This document shows, piece by piece, positions 1-12,158 of a DNA stretch of 64,000 nt. Under the pieces are notes generated by a model. That model searched no databases and was not told the DNA's origin. It saw only the letters and a program-made list of their open reading frames with translations. Numbering within the stretch: position 1 is the first letter of the stretch; the number at the start of each line of letters is the position of its first letter. A program made the translations under genes and the position numbers. Origin of the DNA: Escherichia phage CMSTMSU; sequence record MH494197.1, one strand, 5' to 3'.

Positions 1-66
1 TCTTCTGAATCTTCATACCAACTTCTTGTGCACATACTGGGAGGTTAACATACCAATCCAGTACTT

Positions 67-551
67 TTACCGAATCTTTTTAATTGTATCTGGGAATTCC
101 ATCCAACGTTCAATGTCAGCAACCATATCACATTCAGGATCGATAGGTTTCTTCTTAAGAACAATAGGAGCCGGAACTTCTGGTGAAGTAGCTACTGCTG
201 CCATGTTTGGACGAAGTTTGCCTTCCTTCCAGTCTCGGTACTCCTTCTCTAACGGAGGAATTGGGAGATCTGGAACGATTCTCACATTTGAGAAATGAAT
301 TTTATCTTTCATCAAATCCATTACCTTCAAACGGCGATTATCAAAATAGATCTCGTCGAGTGAAAGTGAACGGGTGTCGAAATGTGGATTTCCCAATGAA
401 TCGTATGTTCTGTCCACAACAATGGTATACATATATTTTCGATTCGATGAACGATCATACTGTTTTAACAGTGAGTTAAGAACGTAGTTGAAGTTAAATT
501 CTTTGATTTCAACTTCTTTGCCGTTGTCAATGAAAAATATTTTCCTTTCAT
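67..551 (-). CDS. hypothetical protein (~160 aa)
   Basis: ORF 67..432 extends upstream in frame (IFFIDNGKEVEIKEF...) to an ATG at 549-551 preceded by GAGG; the ATG is out of frame by 1 nt within an A-run, suggesting a homopolymer indel. Confidence 0.45.
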
Positions 552-735
552 TACTAACCTCTTAATTAATTAAAATTGATACGATACGTACATTCTACAT
601 ACACACGATGTATTTGTCAAACCATTTTTAAAGAAAAAAGGACGCACCTTAGTGCATCCTTTTGTTACTCTTGTCCTTGTACCACACAAATGTTTTACTG
701 GTGGGTACTTTTCATTCTTTGGTGGTTCCGGCATA

Positions 736-1457
736 TCATACACAGTTGCATTTCTGAATTTTAAAATGTATGAATCCATTAAACGAATTATACAATAGTT
801 CATGCACTTTTGTGCACGTTCTTTCAAAATGTTTATATGGTTCTGGACACCCAAGATAATCCAATTTGTACATACCCATAGCAGCTTGCATAAAGCGTTG
901 AGCAGAGAACTTACGCTTGTCTACCTTACTAGCTCGATGCTGGTCACATGTCCAACTAGAGATACGGAGATGACAGAATAAATCAAAACTCACCATACTA
1001 TCAAAGTACTTGTTATGACCGTTCAACTCTCCATAAAATACCGCTTCGGAAACAGTTTCATATAGTGAGTAATTTGTATGTATATGTTCATTGTCAAATA
1101 TAGCTTTTAGATCTTTGTAAGTTTCTGGTACTGGTGGCTCTGGTAAAACTTCACCGAACGTCTCTAAGCACCAAATCTTCCACAAGCCTTTCGTAAATTT
1201 TACTTCAAGTTCTTTATCGCTGTCAATATAAAAGTTTTCTCATTGATAAAACTTTTCGTGCCATGTATGCTTTGAATACCGCATCAGGGTCGATATCTTC
1301 ACGCTTGATATCGTCCATCCTTTACCGATTCGAGAAATTTCGAATCGTCTCATATACATCCTACATGCCAAATCTTTGTTGTACTACGATGATACTTGTC
1401 GTCTTGGTGAAGTTTGGTAGTCTCATGGAGAGATTTAAGCATGTTTAAAATTCTCAT
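736..1457 (-). CDS. hypothetical protein, interrupted by frameshifts
   Basis: ORF 736..1185 plus upstream fragments in three frames (MRILNMLKSLHETTKLHQDD.., MDDIKREDIDPDAVFKAYMARK.., ENFYIDSDKELEVKF..) ending at ATG 1455-1457; no recognised domain. Confidence 0.35.
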
Positions 1458-2131
1458 CGTAACACCAAATACTTCCCATCTTTGCCTACTACATACTGAT
1501 TACCGCTTCGTAGGACGCTATAACTTTCACCTAGTACCGAACTTAAACGAGATGTATCTACCTGCGTATCGTTCGATAGAAGCTGTTTTACGTATGCTTC
1601 TGACACAAAGCCACTACCAGTACTGTAATGTAATTTACCATATGCAGTGTTTAGTGCAAGCATGTGACCTTCTTTAACAACTGATACTCCAGCAAAGTCT
1701 AAAAATTCACTGATGGATTTAGGAATACCCAAATCGATACGTTGTTGAATTTCATCAAAATCAACATCAATCGGATCATTCACACCATAAAGCTGAATCT
1801 TCCAGCGATTTGGGCAAATGTTTTCAATAGTTTTGATAAGACGAAGTAGGTTTTCTGGAAATTCCGCATCACGTTCCATTTCTACGAATACCTGATAACG
1901 ACCATCCAGATTAGGTGTTTCAGCAGCTTCCGTATCAACTGCATCAATTGGTGACTTCTCAATAAAAGATGACAGGTCATATGCAGCATCAAAGTTGTTT
2001 AGTACTTGAAACATAACAACGATATTACTATCTTCAATCTTAGGAGTATATTCATCTACACTAATAATAGGATGAATCAAATCCTTTAGTACTTGTGGAC
2101 GTAAACCTTGTTCATTTAGTTTCTTTTTCAT
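1454..2131 (-). CDS. hypothetical protein (225 aa)
   Basis: intact ORF, ATGA overlap with the next gene; no recognised motif. Confidence 0.5.
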   Translation of the reverse strand: MKKKLNEQGLRPQVLKDLIHPIISVDEYTPKIEDSNIVVMFQVLNNFDAAYDLSSFIEKSPIDAVDTEAAETPNLDGRYQVFVEMERDAEFPENLLRLIKTIENICPNRWKIQLYGVNDPIDVDFDEIQQRIDLGIPKSISEFLDFAGVSVVKEGHMLALNTAYGKLHYSTGSGFVSEAYVKQLLSNDTQVDTSRLSSVLGESYSVLRSGNQYVVGKDGKYLVLR

Positions 2132-2692
2132 TGCATACCACCTTGTTGTACATCATCAGATACTTCTACATCTAAATCAACATCTTCACCAGTAATTGGT
2201 TCATCTGATGGTTCTTGTGCATTCATAGGATTACTATTGAACTCTGAAGCCATTAGTTTGTATTCATCAAAACTTTCAGGGTTAATTAAGTTTCTAGGAA
2301 TTTGTACACGAACCAATAGAACTGGAATTCGTTCATTTTTGGAATACGAACAGAACCAGATTGCGTTGCCACACTCTTCATATCAGCCTGACGGTTAGGA
2401 TCTTGAATAGGTGTAATTTCATAATCTGCTTTCACATATACCTTAGTTCCGTGCTTCTCAAGAATTGAGAATGCAGTAGGATCAGGAAATTCTCACGATA
2501 GTATTTGAATGTCACAGTACACCAGTACTTACTAACAATCGGACCTTCAACAAGTTCACCTTCGATAATACCATGATATGCGTACAAATCATTATCATCA
2601 AAATATTTTTCAACAGCCAGAAGTATATCAAGCATACCGCTGTTATCATACAACTGCTGGACTGCATTATCTGTATAATCTAAATCATCCAT
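2128..2692 (-). CDS. hypothetical protein with acidic C-terminal tail, frameshifted
   Basis: ORFs 2432..2692 and 2128..2316 joined through an intermediate frame (EFPDPTAFSILEKHGTKVYVKADYEITPIQDP..); C-terminus EDVDLDVEVSDDVQQ. Confidence 0.35.
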
Positions 2693-2786
2693 GTTTTATA
2701 TTATCCTTAAAAACTAGCACATATAATACTATTTACTACTTTTAAAAACAATAAAGGGATTAAATAATCCCCATTGTTTTACTATA

Positions 2787-3411
2787 TTATTGGTAATATT
2801 TCGACAGTACTGAATAGATTTTCAAACGTAGTTCATCCCAGTTGTTAACATAGTCATACCCATAACCATTTTTATACATATGATTGTGGGACGCTCGCAT
2901 CATAACTGATGGGATACCCAATTCCATTGATGTTTCAATATTATTGATATAATCATCAATCATCAGTTTTACGTCATATCGTTCTTTTAATTCTACTAGT
3001 GCTTCATGCTTAGATTCATTCATTTCAACAATGATGATTTCATCAAAACATGTCTCACCAAATACATGCATAAGATTAGTATTGCGAAGTACCTCGCTAT
3101 AACCTTTCTTACCACACTTAGTCAGTACTATGAATTTTTCCTTGTAAAACGATCACGCAGTTCATGCATAATACTTACAGTGTTAGTTTCTACAGGTTTT
3201 AGTAATCCAAACATATACGAACGTTGATTGAATTCAGTAATGATCTCTTGAACTTTTTTCGTGAAACACCAAACCATTCGGATAAATCGTATGCGAGTGG
3301 GTATGGTGTTGTTGGGTTGATATCATATTGGAGTTTTGCGTATTCTCCTAATGAACCAATGTGATCTAGTAGTACTTCATCACAGTCGAATACAATACAA
3401 CGGTCTTTCAT
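2787..3411 (-). CDS. HAD-superfamily 5-prime-nucleotidase-like protein, frameshifted
   Basis: N-terminus MKDRCIVFDCDEVLLDH resembles the DxDxV HAD motif of deoxyribonucleotidases; fragments 3199..3411 and 2787..3071 joined via a third frame. Confidence 0.45.
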
Positions 3412-4362
3412 TACATGTTCCCCGAACAGATTAGGTCAATCTCACACAGTAATGCACTGAGATTCATTTCACGGTCAGACACAGTAGCTTGTTTAACAAC
3501 AGCGTCACGAATCTTAACCTTAATTTTCATTAGAGTAATTTCATCAGTACTGAACATTTCTGCATTACGATACAGATAAGAGAAGAATGCATCCATCTCA
3601 TCATCAGGAATGTTTTGCACGATCTGCTCACGCATTTGACGAATGTTACCAGCTTTTAGTGCATCAACAATGGCAGTACGATACCCAGCAGAGTTCTCAA
3701 TACTGTCTTCAAGTTTTACAAGTTTACCATCGACTACTGAACTTTGCAATACGTTTAGCGTTTTGCGGAAATCAGGATATGAAGCATTGATGTATTTTTG
3801 TACTTGTTCAATACTTTCATCAGTACTTAGATCTACTCCTTCTGCCAATAGTACGTTGTAGATGCGTGACATGAATTGTTCCATATCATGCTTCTCAATG
3901 GTGATGACCTGAACACGAGAGATAATAGGTTTCTGAATCTTATGTGGTTCATTACTGGTAAGAATGAAACGAGCATTTTCATGGTAATCTTCCATGACAC
4001 GTTTCAAGCTACCCTGTGCTTTGTGGTTCATTTGTTCCATTTCTTCCAGAACAAATACACGATAACGACCAAAACATGATAGTTTTGCTGCTGCGTCAAT
4101 TTTATCACGAACAGCATCGATACCTTCATCTGACATATTCAGTGTTGTTACATCACTAGGGTCAAGGTGTCCGTTAGCTTCCAGACCATTCAGTAGTACT
4201 TTGATTGCTGAAGTTTTACCTGTCCCTGCTGGTCCAAAAATCCAATATGTGGATATCACCAGTACGAATCCATTCTTCCATCTTCTGACGTAGGGCTTCG
4301 TTCTTAGATACATAATCTTCCATAGTTTGTGGGCGGTATTTTTCAGTCCATAATGTAGTCAT
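3411..4362 (-). CDS. gp44: clamp loader large subunit (T4 gp44-like AAA+ ATPase)
   Basis: Walker A GPAGTGKTSAIK, FVLEEMEQM Walker B-like, ARFILTSNEP sensor; true N-terminus MTTLWTEKYRPQTMEDYV at 4360-4362 is in another frame, shift inside a T-run near 4265. Confidence 0.8.
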
Positions 4363-4709
4363 GTTTTATTTCCTTGTATATTAGGTGTTTATGAAATCCA
4401 ATCTGCATAATCATACAACAATGCAGTGAATAAGTCTTCTGTCATTTCAAGTTGATTAAACAAAAATTAAATGAGTTTGCTTTGTTCTTCACACCCATTG
4501 CTTCGGCCGGCTGATACGATAAGTAAGTACTTAAACATATCATGAGAAACTTCATATACGTACTTCGTGTTAGTTCTATCTTCAAACATAAATCGTCCAT
4601 TTTAGAAACTAACGTAACGTCAGAAAAACTATATTTTCCATCATCAGTTATCATGTATTTTCATCCAAATAAAAGCCCAGATAATATATCCGAGCTTTAG
4701 ATTTATGTT

Positions 4710-5036
4710 TTAACGACCAAATGTTTGAGCAGAGATGCGTGGATCAGTGTCAGATACCAAACTTACTGCTGCTGGATAATCCACAAGATTCATTTTAATA
4801 CCATCAATCTCAATAGTTCTCGACCAACGACCGTGGTCAATTAGAATCCATTGTCCTTCTTTGATATCGGTAATGTCTTCACCAACAGAATATACTTTAG
4901 CCCAACGACAACGAATACCACGTATCTTACCATCATCACTTGTCAGTACAATTCCACCTGCGGTTTTACGCTCACCATGTTCTAGCTCAGTTACAATAAC
5001 TTTACCTTTACAAGCTGTCATTACTTTATTGGTCAT
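4710..5036 (-). CDS. Cpn10-like co-chaperonin (T4 gp31 / GroES-like)
   Basis: 108 aa; KGKVIVTELEHGERKTAGGIVL and KVYSVGEDI...GQWILIDHG match the GroES pattern. Confidence 0.5.
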   Translation of the reverse strand: MTNKVMTACKGKVIVTELEHGERKTAGGIVLTSDDGKIRGIRCRWAKVYSVGEDITDIKEGQWILIDHGRWSRTIEIDGIKMNLVDYPAAVSLVSDTDPRISAQTFGR

Positions 5037-5039
5037 GAA

Positions 5040-5384
5040 TTACTCCTGATCTTTAGTTTTTGCTCGGCGTGGAGCTTTCTTCTCTTCAGATACTTCAACT
5101 TCTGGTTCTTGTGGTTGAACTTCAAAGCTTTCATCATCCCATACTTCTTCAGTACTATATTCAGCACTGTGAAGTTGGTGTTCAGGAATGAAATCAGGAA
5201 TTTGCATTTCACGTTCTTTTTCTTGGATTAGTTCTTCACGGGTTTTAATGACCGTACCACCTGAACTAATCTTATCACCACGAGCATTTAGGTTTGCATT
5301 ACCTAGTGCTACTTGGTGCTGGTTTTGATACTTTAGCATATCCATATCAATGGTGGTTCCACGATAAGTTGTGTGTTTTGACAT
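5040..5384 (-). CDS. hypothetical protein (114 aa), acidic C-terminus
   Basis: intact ORF; no recognised domain. Confidence 0.4.
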   Translation of the reverse strand: MSKHTTYRGTTIDMDMLKYQNQHQVALGNANLNARGDKISSGGTVIKTREELIQEKEREMQIPDFIPEHQLHSAEYSTEEVWDDESFEVQPQEPEVEVSEEKKAPRRAKTKDQE

Positions 5385-5619
5385 ATAAAAATCCTTTTTC
5401 TATGTGAGTGATATAACGCCTCAAACAACATTATATCACATGTTTTTCTACCATTTCAAAAATTCATTTACATCTAGTTTATACTTCAAAGAATCAACCA
5501 TATGCAAATCAATCAGGAACAAACAATACGAAGCCACTGAACTACCACGCCCAAGACCCCAAAAATATTGTGCTCTTCCATATAATCAACTAACCAGATC
5601 ATACATCTTAAAAGCTTAG

Positions 5620-5962
5620 TCATGTTGTAATGTTCAAACAAATCAATCTCATACATTACACGTTCACGGGCTTCATCCGATGTACATTTCTGTAAAAGTA
5701 CTCACGCAAGTTGATGTTATCGTACACTGGATCATAACGCCATAGCTCATGGTTTTATCATGTTCTATTGTATAATCCAGCATACGCTGTTCTAAACCAA
5801 ATTTTTACAATTATCGTTAAATTTCAATCGTTCCGGTTCATCAATCTCCTGTAGCTGTAAGTACTGAATATCTGCACCACAGTTGATTGCATACACGACT
5901 GCATTAAGGTTACATTTTACATCACCATTGGGACTTATAAATCTGTTTCCTTGTACTTTCAT
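5620..5962 (-). CDS. hypothetical protein, frameshifted
   Basis: ATG at 5960-5962 (MKVQGNRFISPNGDVKCNLNAVVYAINCG..) followed by fragments in other frames; no ORF of 60 aa survives. Confidence 0.25.
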
Positions 5963-6004
5963 TTTTCTTCTTCTGATCCTCTTCGTTATCCGTTAAGTAA
6001 GAGT

Positions 6005-6202
6005 TCATGTCAAATATACATGGGTCTTGTTCATCATAGGAGGTTTTTCTTTTTGTCCCTGACGAATCTCTAATTCAGCATAGCACTGATTCAGAACGGT
6101 TTGCATGTTACCAACAATCATATCACTCATACCTGCTGCACGAGCAGACGTAATACGCATCGATTGTTCGTTAATTTTCAATTGTAACTCTTTCTCGGTC
6201 AT
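6005..6202 (-). CDS. hypothetical protein (65 aa)
   Basis: ORF only. Confidence 0.3.
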   Translation of the reverse strand: MTEKELQLKINEQSMRITSARAAGMSDMIVGNMQTVLNQCYAELEIRQGQKEKPPMMNKTHVYLT

Positions 6203-6232
6203 GGTTGATGGATCAAAAATGGATTGAACATA

Positions 6233-6786
6233 TCATCCTCCTAAATTGCTGTTTTGTAATGAAATCAAAAATGTATCATGAACGTAGTTTTCGAATTCAT
6301 GTGCAAAGAATCCAAACTCAACTCCTGTGATTTCAAACTCAACACCAACCATCTTACCATGTTCATTGTTCTGAAGTAAAGTGTTAAAGAATGCTTCGCC
6401 CTTTCCGTGCACAATATGCAACTGGAATGATTGGCATAAATTTCTTTTCAACTCCATTTTCTTCGTATGGGTGATTCATGAAGCGAGGAACAGTGTCAAG
6501 CATCTCATCAGAAATTCCGTATAGCATCTACATACAAACCACGGTTCTGTAAATCAGTTGGGTCTTTCACAAGGTTAGTTGTGTCTTCGCCAATTGCTGC
6601 AAAAATATTTTGACGCAAGCCAAATATTTCACCGAGTGTTCCGTTATCAATTTGCGTGTAACTTCTTGGATTCTTAGAAACTGACACCAATGAACCTGCT
6701 GGTAAAACTTCACGGTATAATATATCATACTGCAAGTTACCTTGGTTGTCAAGTGCTGACATTACTTTATAGTTTCCCATTACCAT
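6233..6786 (-). CDS. one or two hypothetical proteins
   Basis: ORF 6508..6786 followed by MLYGISDEML.. and ORF 6233..6457 in a shifted frame. Confidence 0.3.
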
Positions 6787-6879
6787 TCTAAATTTTCCAT
6801 CAGGTATAGTTGCACCAGTTTGGTTTATGATATTTTCCCTAAGTACTTTTTAATATCACTCAACGTAGTGTAAGTATAG

Positions 6880-8638
6880 TTCTGACTCAAAAGTTTTCTT
6901 TTAATAAAATACGTGGTACTTTTTGTAACCCGTATCTATCATCTGATTGACGATGGAAAGCTTGATTTGTAAATGATGGTGTACTAATACACTTAAACCA
7001 TTCACGTTCAAAATAAACAGAAGGTACAATATGTGCACTTAAGTAGTTTTGTCCAAAACCACGTACAATTTTAAGTTTAAATAACTTGGACGCAACACCA
7101 CCTTCAGTGTCATATGCTTTGATGTTGAATTCTAAATTTATATCATCATTTGCACTGAAATCTAAACTTTTGCATATGCCGTCCCGACCAAGAACCCATC
7201 TGCGGTGAGGTCCAAACCATATTTGCGAATATCATCAGGTCCACCATCTAATACATAAGATACCTGATTAGTACTGGTAGTTTGTATTTGTGGATAAGTA
7301 CTGTGACCGAAATATTCACCCACATGAATACTACCTAAATCACTATCAGTTGTGAAGTCTATTGAGTTTCCTTCTTCTGCGTTCACTAGAACACGGAACA
7401 TCTTCTCTTCACCTATAATATTCTCACCTAAGCTTGAATCATAATATCCTAAATCAATCCAATCTGAACTTTTAAACACTGGCTTTGTTTCACCTAGATC
7501 ATATTCACCAGAGATTACATATGGATATACAACGTTATCTTTCAACTGATACAAATGATTAGGTAAAGGTTTATCACCATCAGCGTATATACCATCTACA
7601 TTGTCTGGACATACCCACATTTGATATGCTTTGAAACGTTGGTTTATAGCGAAGCGGTCAGTGTCATAACTATATGTACTCAAAATATCAACAATTTCAA
7701 CTTTGAAATATGCATCACATGCATCAGAGTCATATAGGAATGTTTGCAGAAATTGTCCATTTGGGTTGAAAACCAATCCTGAATCTAGTAACTCCCCAGA
7801 GCTAGTTTGAATATTAACCTTAATTTCTTTATTAATACCAAATACAGGCCATATATTATCAATAGGACGTAGGATTGCATAATCATCAGTAATGTGGCGA
7901 GCAGGAACTTCTGCTGGGGTCATATCGAGTAGACGATACGCTGGATAAAATACTCTAGGAGATAGGTCTGTTGATGTATCAGTTCCTAAAATAAATGGAC
8001 GACGGCGACCAAATCCCTGTACAAATAAAGTACTGTTGGAACCGTATTCAATATCGCCAATACAATATAATTTGTCATCATCACCGATTTCGATTCCGGA
8101 GTAACCCACACTTCCTGACTATCATATTCAATTGTTACTTCATTTGAACCAATTTCACCACTAGGGAAATGTTACCATAGTACATAACATTTACTGCTTG
8201 AAGATAAAAGTTAATCTGTTCAGAGTTGTTAAATGTACCATCATCTTTACAATGCAATTTAATAAAATAAACATCTTCGGTATTAGTGCTTGCCGATAGA
8301 TCAAATTGAGTTTTATCAATTTTACATTTGTGCTTACCATTAATCAACTTGTTACCAGTAATACCTGATGATATAGGTGTGAGATTAGATTCATCATTTC
8401 CAACATACACTGCGTAGTGATCTTCTGGTTGAAATACTGCATCAGAACTGTCCAAACCCTGAATAGTTAGAATCATCTCTAAGTATTCGTTTTCATTAAG
8501 TATATAACTATCATCCGTTGTGGTTTCTTTGTTGATACTCAAACGCACAAGAATGTCTTGTCCTTCTTGTATATATCGAGCATCGGCTTTTATATCCCAT
8601 CTAGGGTAAAAGTTGTCATTATAATTCTCCATAGCCAA
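6880..8638 (-). CDS. large hypothetical protein (~580 aa), possibly virion-associated, frameshifted
   Basis: ORFs 8135..8638 and 7162..8109 plus an open frame continuing to ~6880; TATAAATA box just upstream at 8658-8665. Confidence 0.4.
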
Positions 8639-8649
8639 GCTACCATTAT

Positions 8650-10119
8650 CTATAGATTATTTATATAAAGGACAAGGAAGACCCACAAAGGTCTTCCCTG
8701 TTTATAATCAATCTTCAGTTTTGGCGTGAAGTCAATCTTACGTAGTTCTTTCAACTCATCTTTATAGATGTTCCAAATCAAATCATGATTCGACAGGAGA
8801 TTGTTATATTCATCCATTAAATCCAAGTTATGTTGAATATCAGCTAGTACTGATTGATAATTGTCTTGGGTCCAACGATATGATGGGAAGTTTACGATGC
8901 TTTGAATATTCTCATCGGTTGCTTCGATTTCAGTGTTTAATGATTTAACAAACTCAACCATTTCTGAACGGTTAGCAAAACCCTTAACCTTAGCAATCAT
9001 ATCATTATCAAAACATTCTTTGATTAGAATCTTATAACGTACTTCAGCAGCACAATCATCAAGTTTCTTCTCATAGCGTTTCACATAGTATTTGAAACGG
9101 AATTCAACAAAGTCCTTAATCAAATCCATTGTGTTATCATAGACTTTAACCTTACCATTCTCACCTAGAACAGTTAGGATTTGTGTCATCTTCTTATGAA
9201 TGCCAAAGTATTCAATTACATCTTTCTCCACCCATTTAGCAGATGTTCCGCGTGGTAATTTGATTGTAATATCAATAACATCAGTACTATCATTATCATA
9301 ATCACGAATATCACCATCATCGCTCATCTTAATGAGTTTCTCGATGAATTTCTCAATACTGTAGTTAGGTGGTAGACCTGTTACTTTAACAGTACTGGCA
9401 TCAATTACTTGTGCTTTACCATAGAACTCATATTTGTTTTCATCAAGCTTAGTTACGATATCACTTGCACCACATGAAACATAGTATGGAGTCATTTCTT
9501 TTAATGGTTTTTATCAATAGCACGAATACAGTTATCAATAACATCTTCAATCTTATGTGGTAGAATTGTACTCTTATAACCTACTGACATACTATCGTTA
9601 CCAAACAAAGATAGTGGGATAATAGGTAAAAAGAAACTTGGTTCCATTGTAGTACCATCATAGTTCTCTTTCATTGGAATAATGTCAGAGTCACGCAGTA
9701 CTAACATTTCAGTACTTTTATTCTTTTAACATAAGTATAACGAGCAGAAGCTGGAGTACTGTTTACTTGTGTACCAAAACCACCACGTTTACCAATGAGT
9801 GGGTAGTTGTTTACTACTGGTGATGCTAGGTTCTGGAGAGTTCCAGATGCAGATGTATCACCGTGTAGATAGATACCATCACTAATCATTTTACCAGCAC
9901 ATGATACAGTTTTGATTTCACCACTAACTTTTGAGAGGGTGAAGATTGCTTTACGTTGTGAACTCTTAAGGCCATCAATCCCGGGATTGCACGGTCTAGT
10001 GTGTACATTGAATATTCTAGTGATGTGGTATTCACATAATCAGAACTGTTATAATCTAGTAGAGTTAGTGTTTGGTTATCGATGCTTTGATTTTCGGTTT
10101 TTACTTTTAGCCATTCCAT
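8650..10119 (-). CDS. gp52: DNA topoisomerase II medium subunit (T4 gp52-like, GyrA-type)
   Basis: YSMYTLDRAIPGLMALRVHNVK at N-terminus; fragments 9886..10119, 9701..9889, 9501..9707, 8650..9495 in different frames. Confidence 0.8.
8658..8665 (-). promoter_or_regulatory. T4-type late promoter TATAAATA
   Basis: exact TATAAATA on the minus strand about 20 nt upstream of the start of gene 6880..8638, just downstream of hairpin 8676-8697. Confidence 0.4.
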
Positions 10120-10133
10120 TGTCTCTTTGTAAA

Positions 10134-10165
10134 GGGAACACCATGTTCCCCATTAATCTATATTA
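10134..10165 (-). repeat. repeated intergenic element, copy 1: TATAGATTAAT box plus GGGAACA/TGTTCCC hairpin
   Basis: minus-strand sequence AATATAGATTAATGGGGAACATGGTGTTCCC in the 44-nt gap between the two topoisomerase genes. Confidence 0.6.
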
Positions 10166-12158
10166 TTCCATCCAGTTCTTACGATCATCAGCACGTTTCT
10201 TGTTGAAAATCAAATCAAGAGTTTCACCAAGGCGACCATCATCTGTAATCGCTACTGCAACACTGTTAGTGAATGCATCACGGAAGTTTGCTTTTTCTAA
10301 CGTACCCAATCCTTTCGCACGGGTTGCTTTCCAACCTTTCCAATCATCTGGGTTGTATTCATGTACATCATGACCATAGTAGTACTTGGATTCCTTACCT
10401 TTCTCTAGAATGATGAATGGTGTTTTGAATATATACACAAATGGATTCTCTGGGTCTTGGAATAGTTCAGGCCAGAATTTGTATAGGAAGTTACATACTA
10501 AAGCACCAATGTTCTTTCCATCCTCATCTTCGTCGGCACAGATATAAAGCTTACCATAGTTAAGGTCTGCTCTTTCCGCTTTTACACGGAATCAGGTTGA
10601 TACTCGCCATTATATCATGCAATGCCATTGAATCCATTAATTCTTTGGTTTTCTCATTACCACTGACGTTCATAATTTTACCACGCAATGGTAGAATACC
10701 ATGAACTTTAGGATCACGAGCACTCGCCATGTTGGAAATAGCAGAATCACCCTCAGCAATTAGTAGGATGCATTTGGAACGATCCGTACCTGTACTGTCC
10801 AATAGTTTTGCAACTTTACCTTTCAGTAGTTTTTAGCTAGACGGCGATCTTCTTCTGCATCTTTCTTGTTGGTACGAGCAGCACAGCGTTCAAAAATTTC
10901 ATCAATCCACTCTTTGTTCTTCTTGACTAATTCATCGAACCATTCAGAATTCATCGCTTGTTGAATTGGACGAATAACGTTTTCGTTGGTTAGTTTTGAT
11001 TTAATCTGTGAGTTGAATGATGGTGCTTTCATCGTTGTTACGTTATAAATCAACAGACCTTCTTCAATATCAGAGCGGTTAGGTTTCATCTTGCGTTTCT
11101 TTGATTCTTTCTCTAGAGCAGTTCCTACTCCTAATGAGAAGAATTTCTTGAATGTATCAAGATGTGTACCACCATCAAATGCTGGGGCATTGTTAACCAA
11201 ACCATGCATATGGAAGTTATTGTTCATACCCGATACTGCATTAGGAACAATGTAGAAAGTACTGTTAAAGTTGAATGATTCATCTTTAACGTTCAATTGC
11301 ATCAGTTTAGATGCGTTGAATAGTGCTTTTTCGGTAGTTCCTTTAATTGCAATACGCTTACCGTTAAGGAAAATCTTATAGGTAGGGTTAGCAGCAGACA
11401 TTTCTTTCAAAATACTGTATAGCAATTCGGTTGGTAGTTTACGGTTCGGAAATACCTCAGAACTCAAAGTGAAGCGAATTGTTGTTCCAGTCTTATCTGC
11501 TTGAACCTTACGAATAGTTGGTTCATGTACATGAAGTTCAGGAAACATAATAGTTCCTTCTTCGAACTTCTGATTGAACTTATAAAACCGTCATAACCGT
11601 CATTGCTACTTTGTGTTTTATACGGGCGACCTTGGCGATGGATTTCAAGTTCAGCTTTAGAACTTACAATCATTGCAACTGAACCACCCAAACCATTCTG
11701 ACCGATTGTTTCATCACGCTTCGAATCATCAAAGTTACGACCAGTTTTAGTTTCAGTCATTACCATTGTACATAGGTTTTTCTGATACTCAGGAACATAG
11801 TCAATTGGAATACCACGTCCATTATCACTGATCTCAAAGGATAACTCTTCCTCATTGAAATCAACTTTGAGTACTGGCTCTTTTGTACCAGCTTTTTAAA
11901 TTCATCTAAGCTGTTATCGATAATTTCACGAGTAGCAGTTAGAATTGCAGGAACCCACTCAACGTTTTTAACTTCATATCCAGACTCACCAAAGATCAGT
12001 ACTTGACTTTCGTGAACAGAACGTGAACCCAGATACATCTCAGTACGCAAGCGAGCATGTTGATAATCGTTTAGACGTTGTACATCATGTTCCTGAAGAA
12101 CAGCACTTTCTTTCTTAGCCATTTGAATTCCTTTTAATGTCTCTTTGTCATGCAACAT
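10163..12158 (-). CDS. gp39: DNA topoisomerase II large subunit (gp39 plus gp60 equivalent in one gene, GyrB-type)
   Basis: GHKL ATPase region, Toprim ILLIAEGDSA, C-terminal RAKGLGTLE; five fragments 11760..12158, 11464..11766, 10823..11548, 10560..10802, 10163..10438 in shifted frames. Confidence 0.8.

Noticed and set aside
26-479. Plus-strand ORFs 26..298 and 207..479
   Set aside because: They lie antisense to a minus-strand gene with a consistent frame and RBS; typical shadow ORFs.
1454-2131. Gene 1454..2131 as the sliding clamp or clamp-loader small subunit
   Set aside because: No convincing similarity to T4 gp45 or gp62; the clamp is more likely gene 52815..53544 beside the polymerase.
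4363-4709. tRNA genes in the larger intergenic gaps (also 50034..50195)
   Set aside because: No T-loop (GTTCRANYC) or acceptor-stem pattern was seen by eye; a proper tRNA scan was not possible, so absence is not proven.
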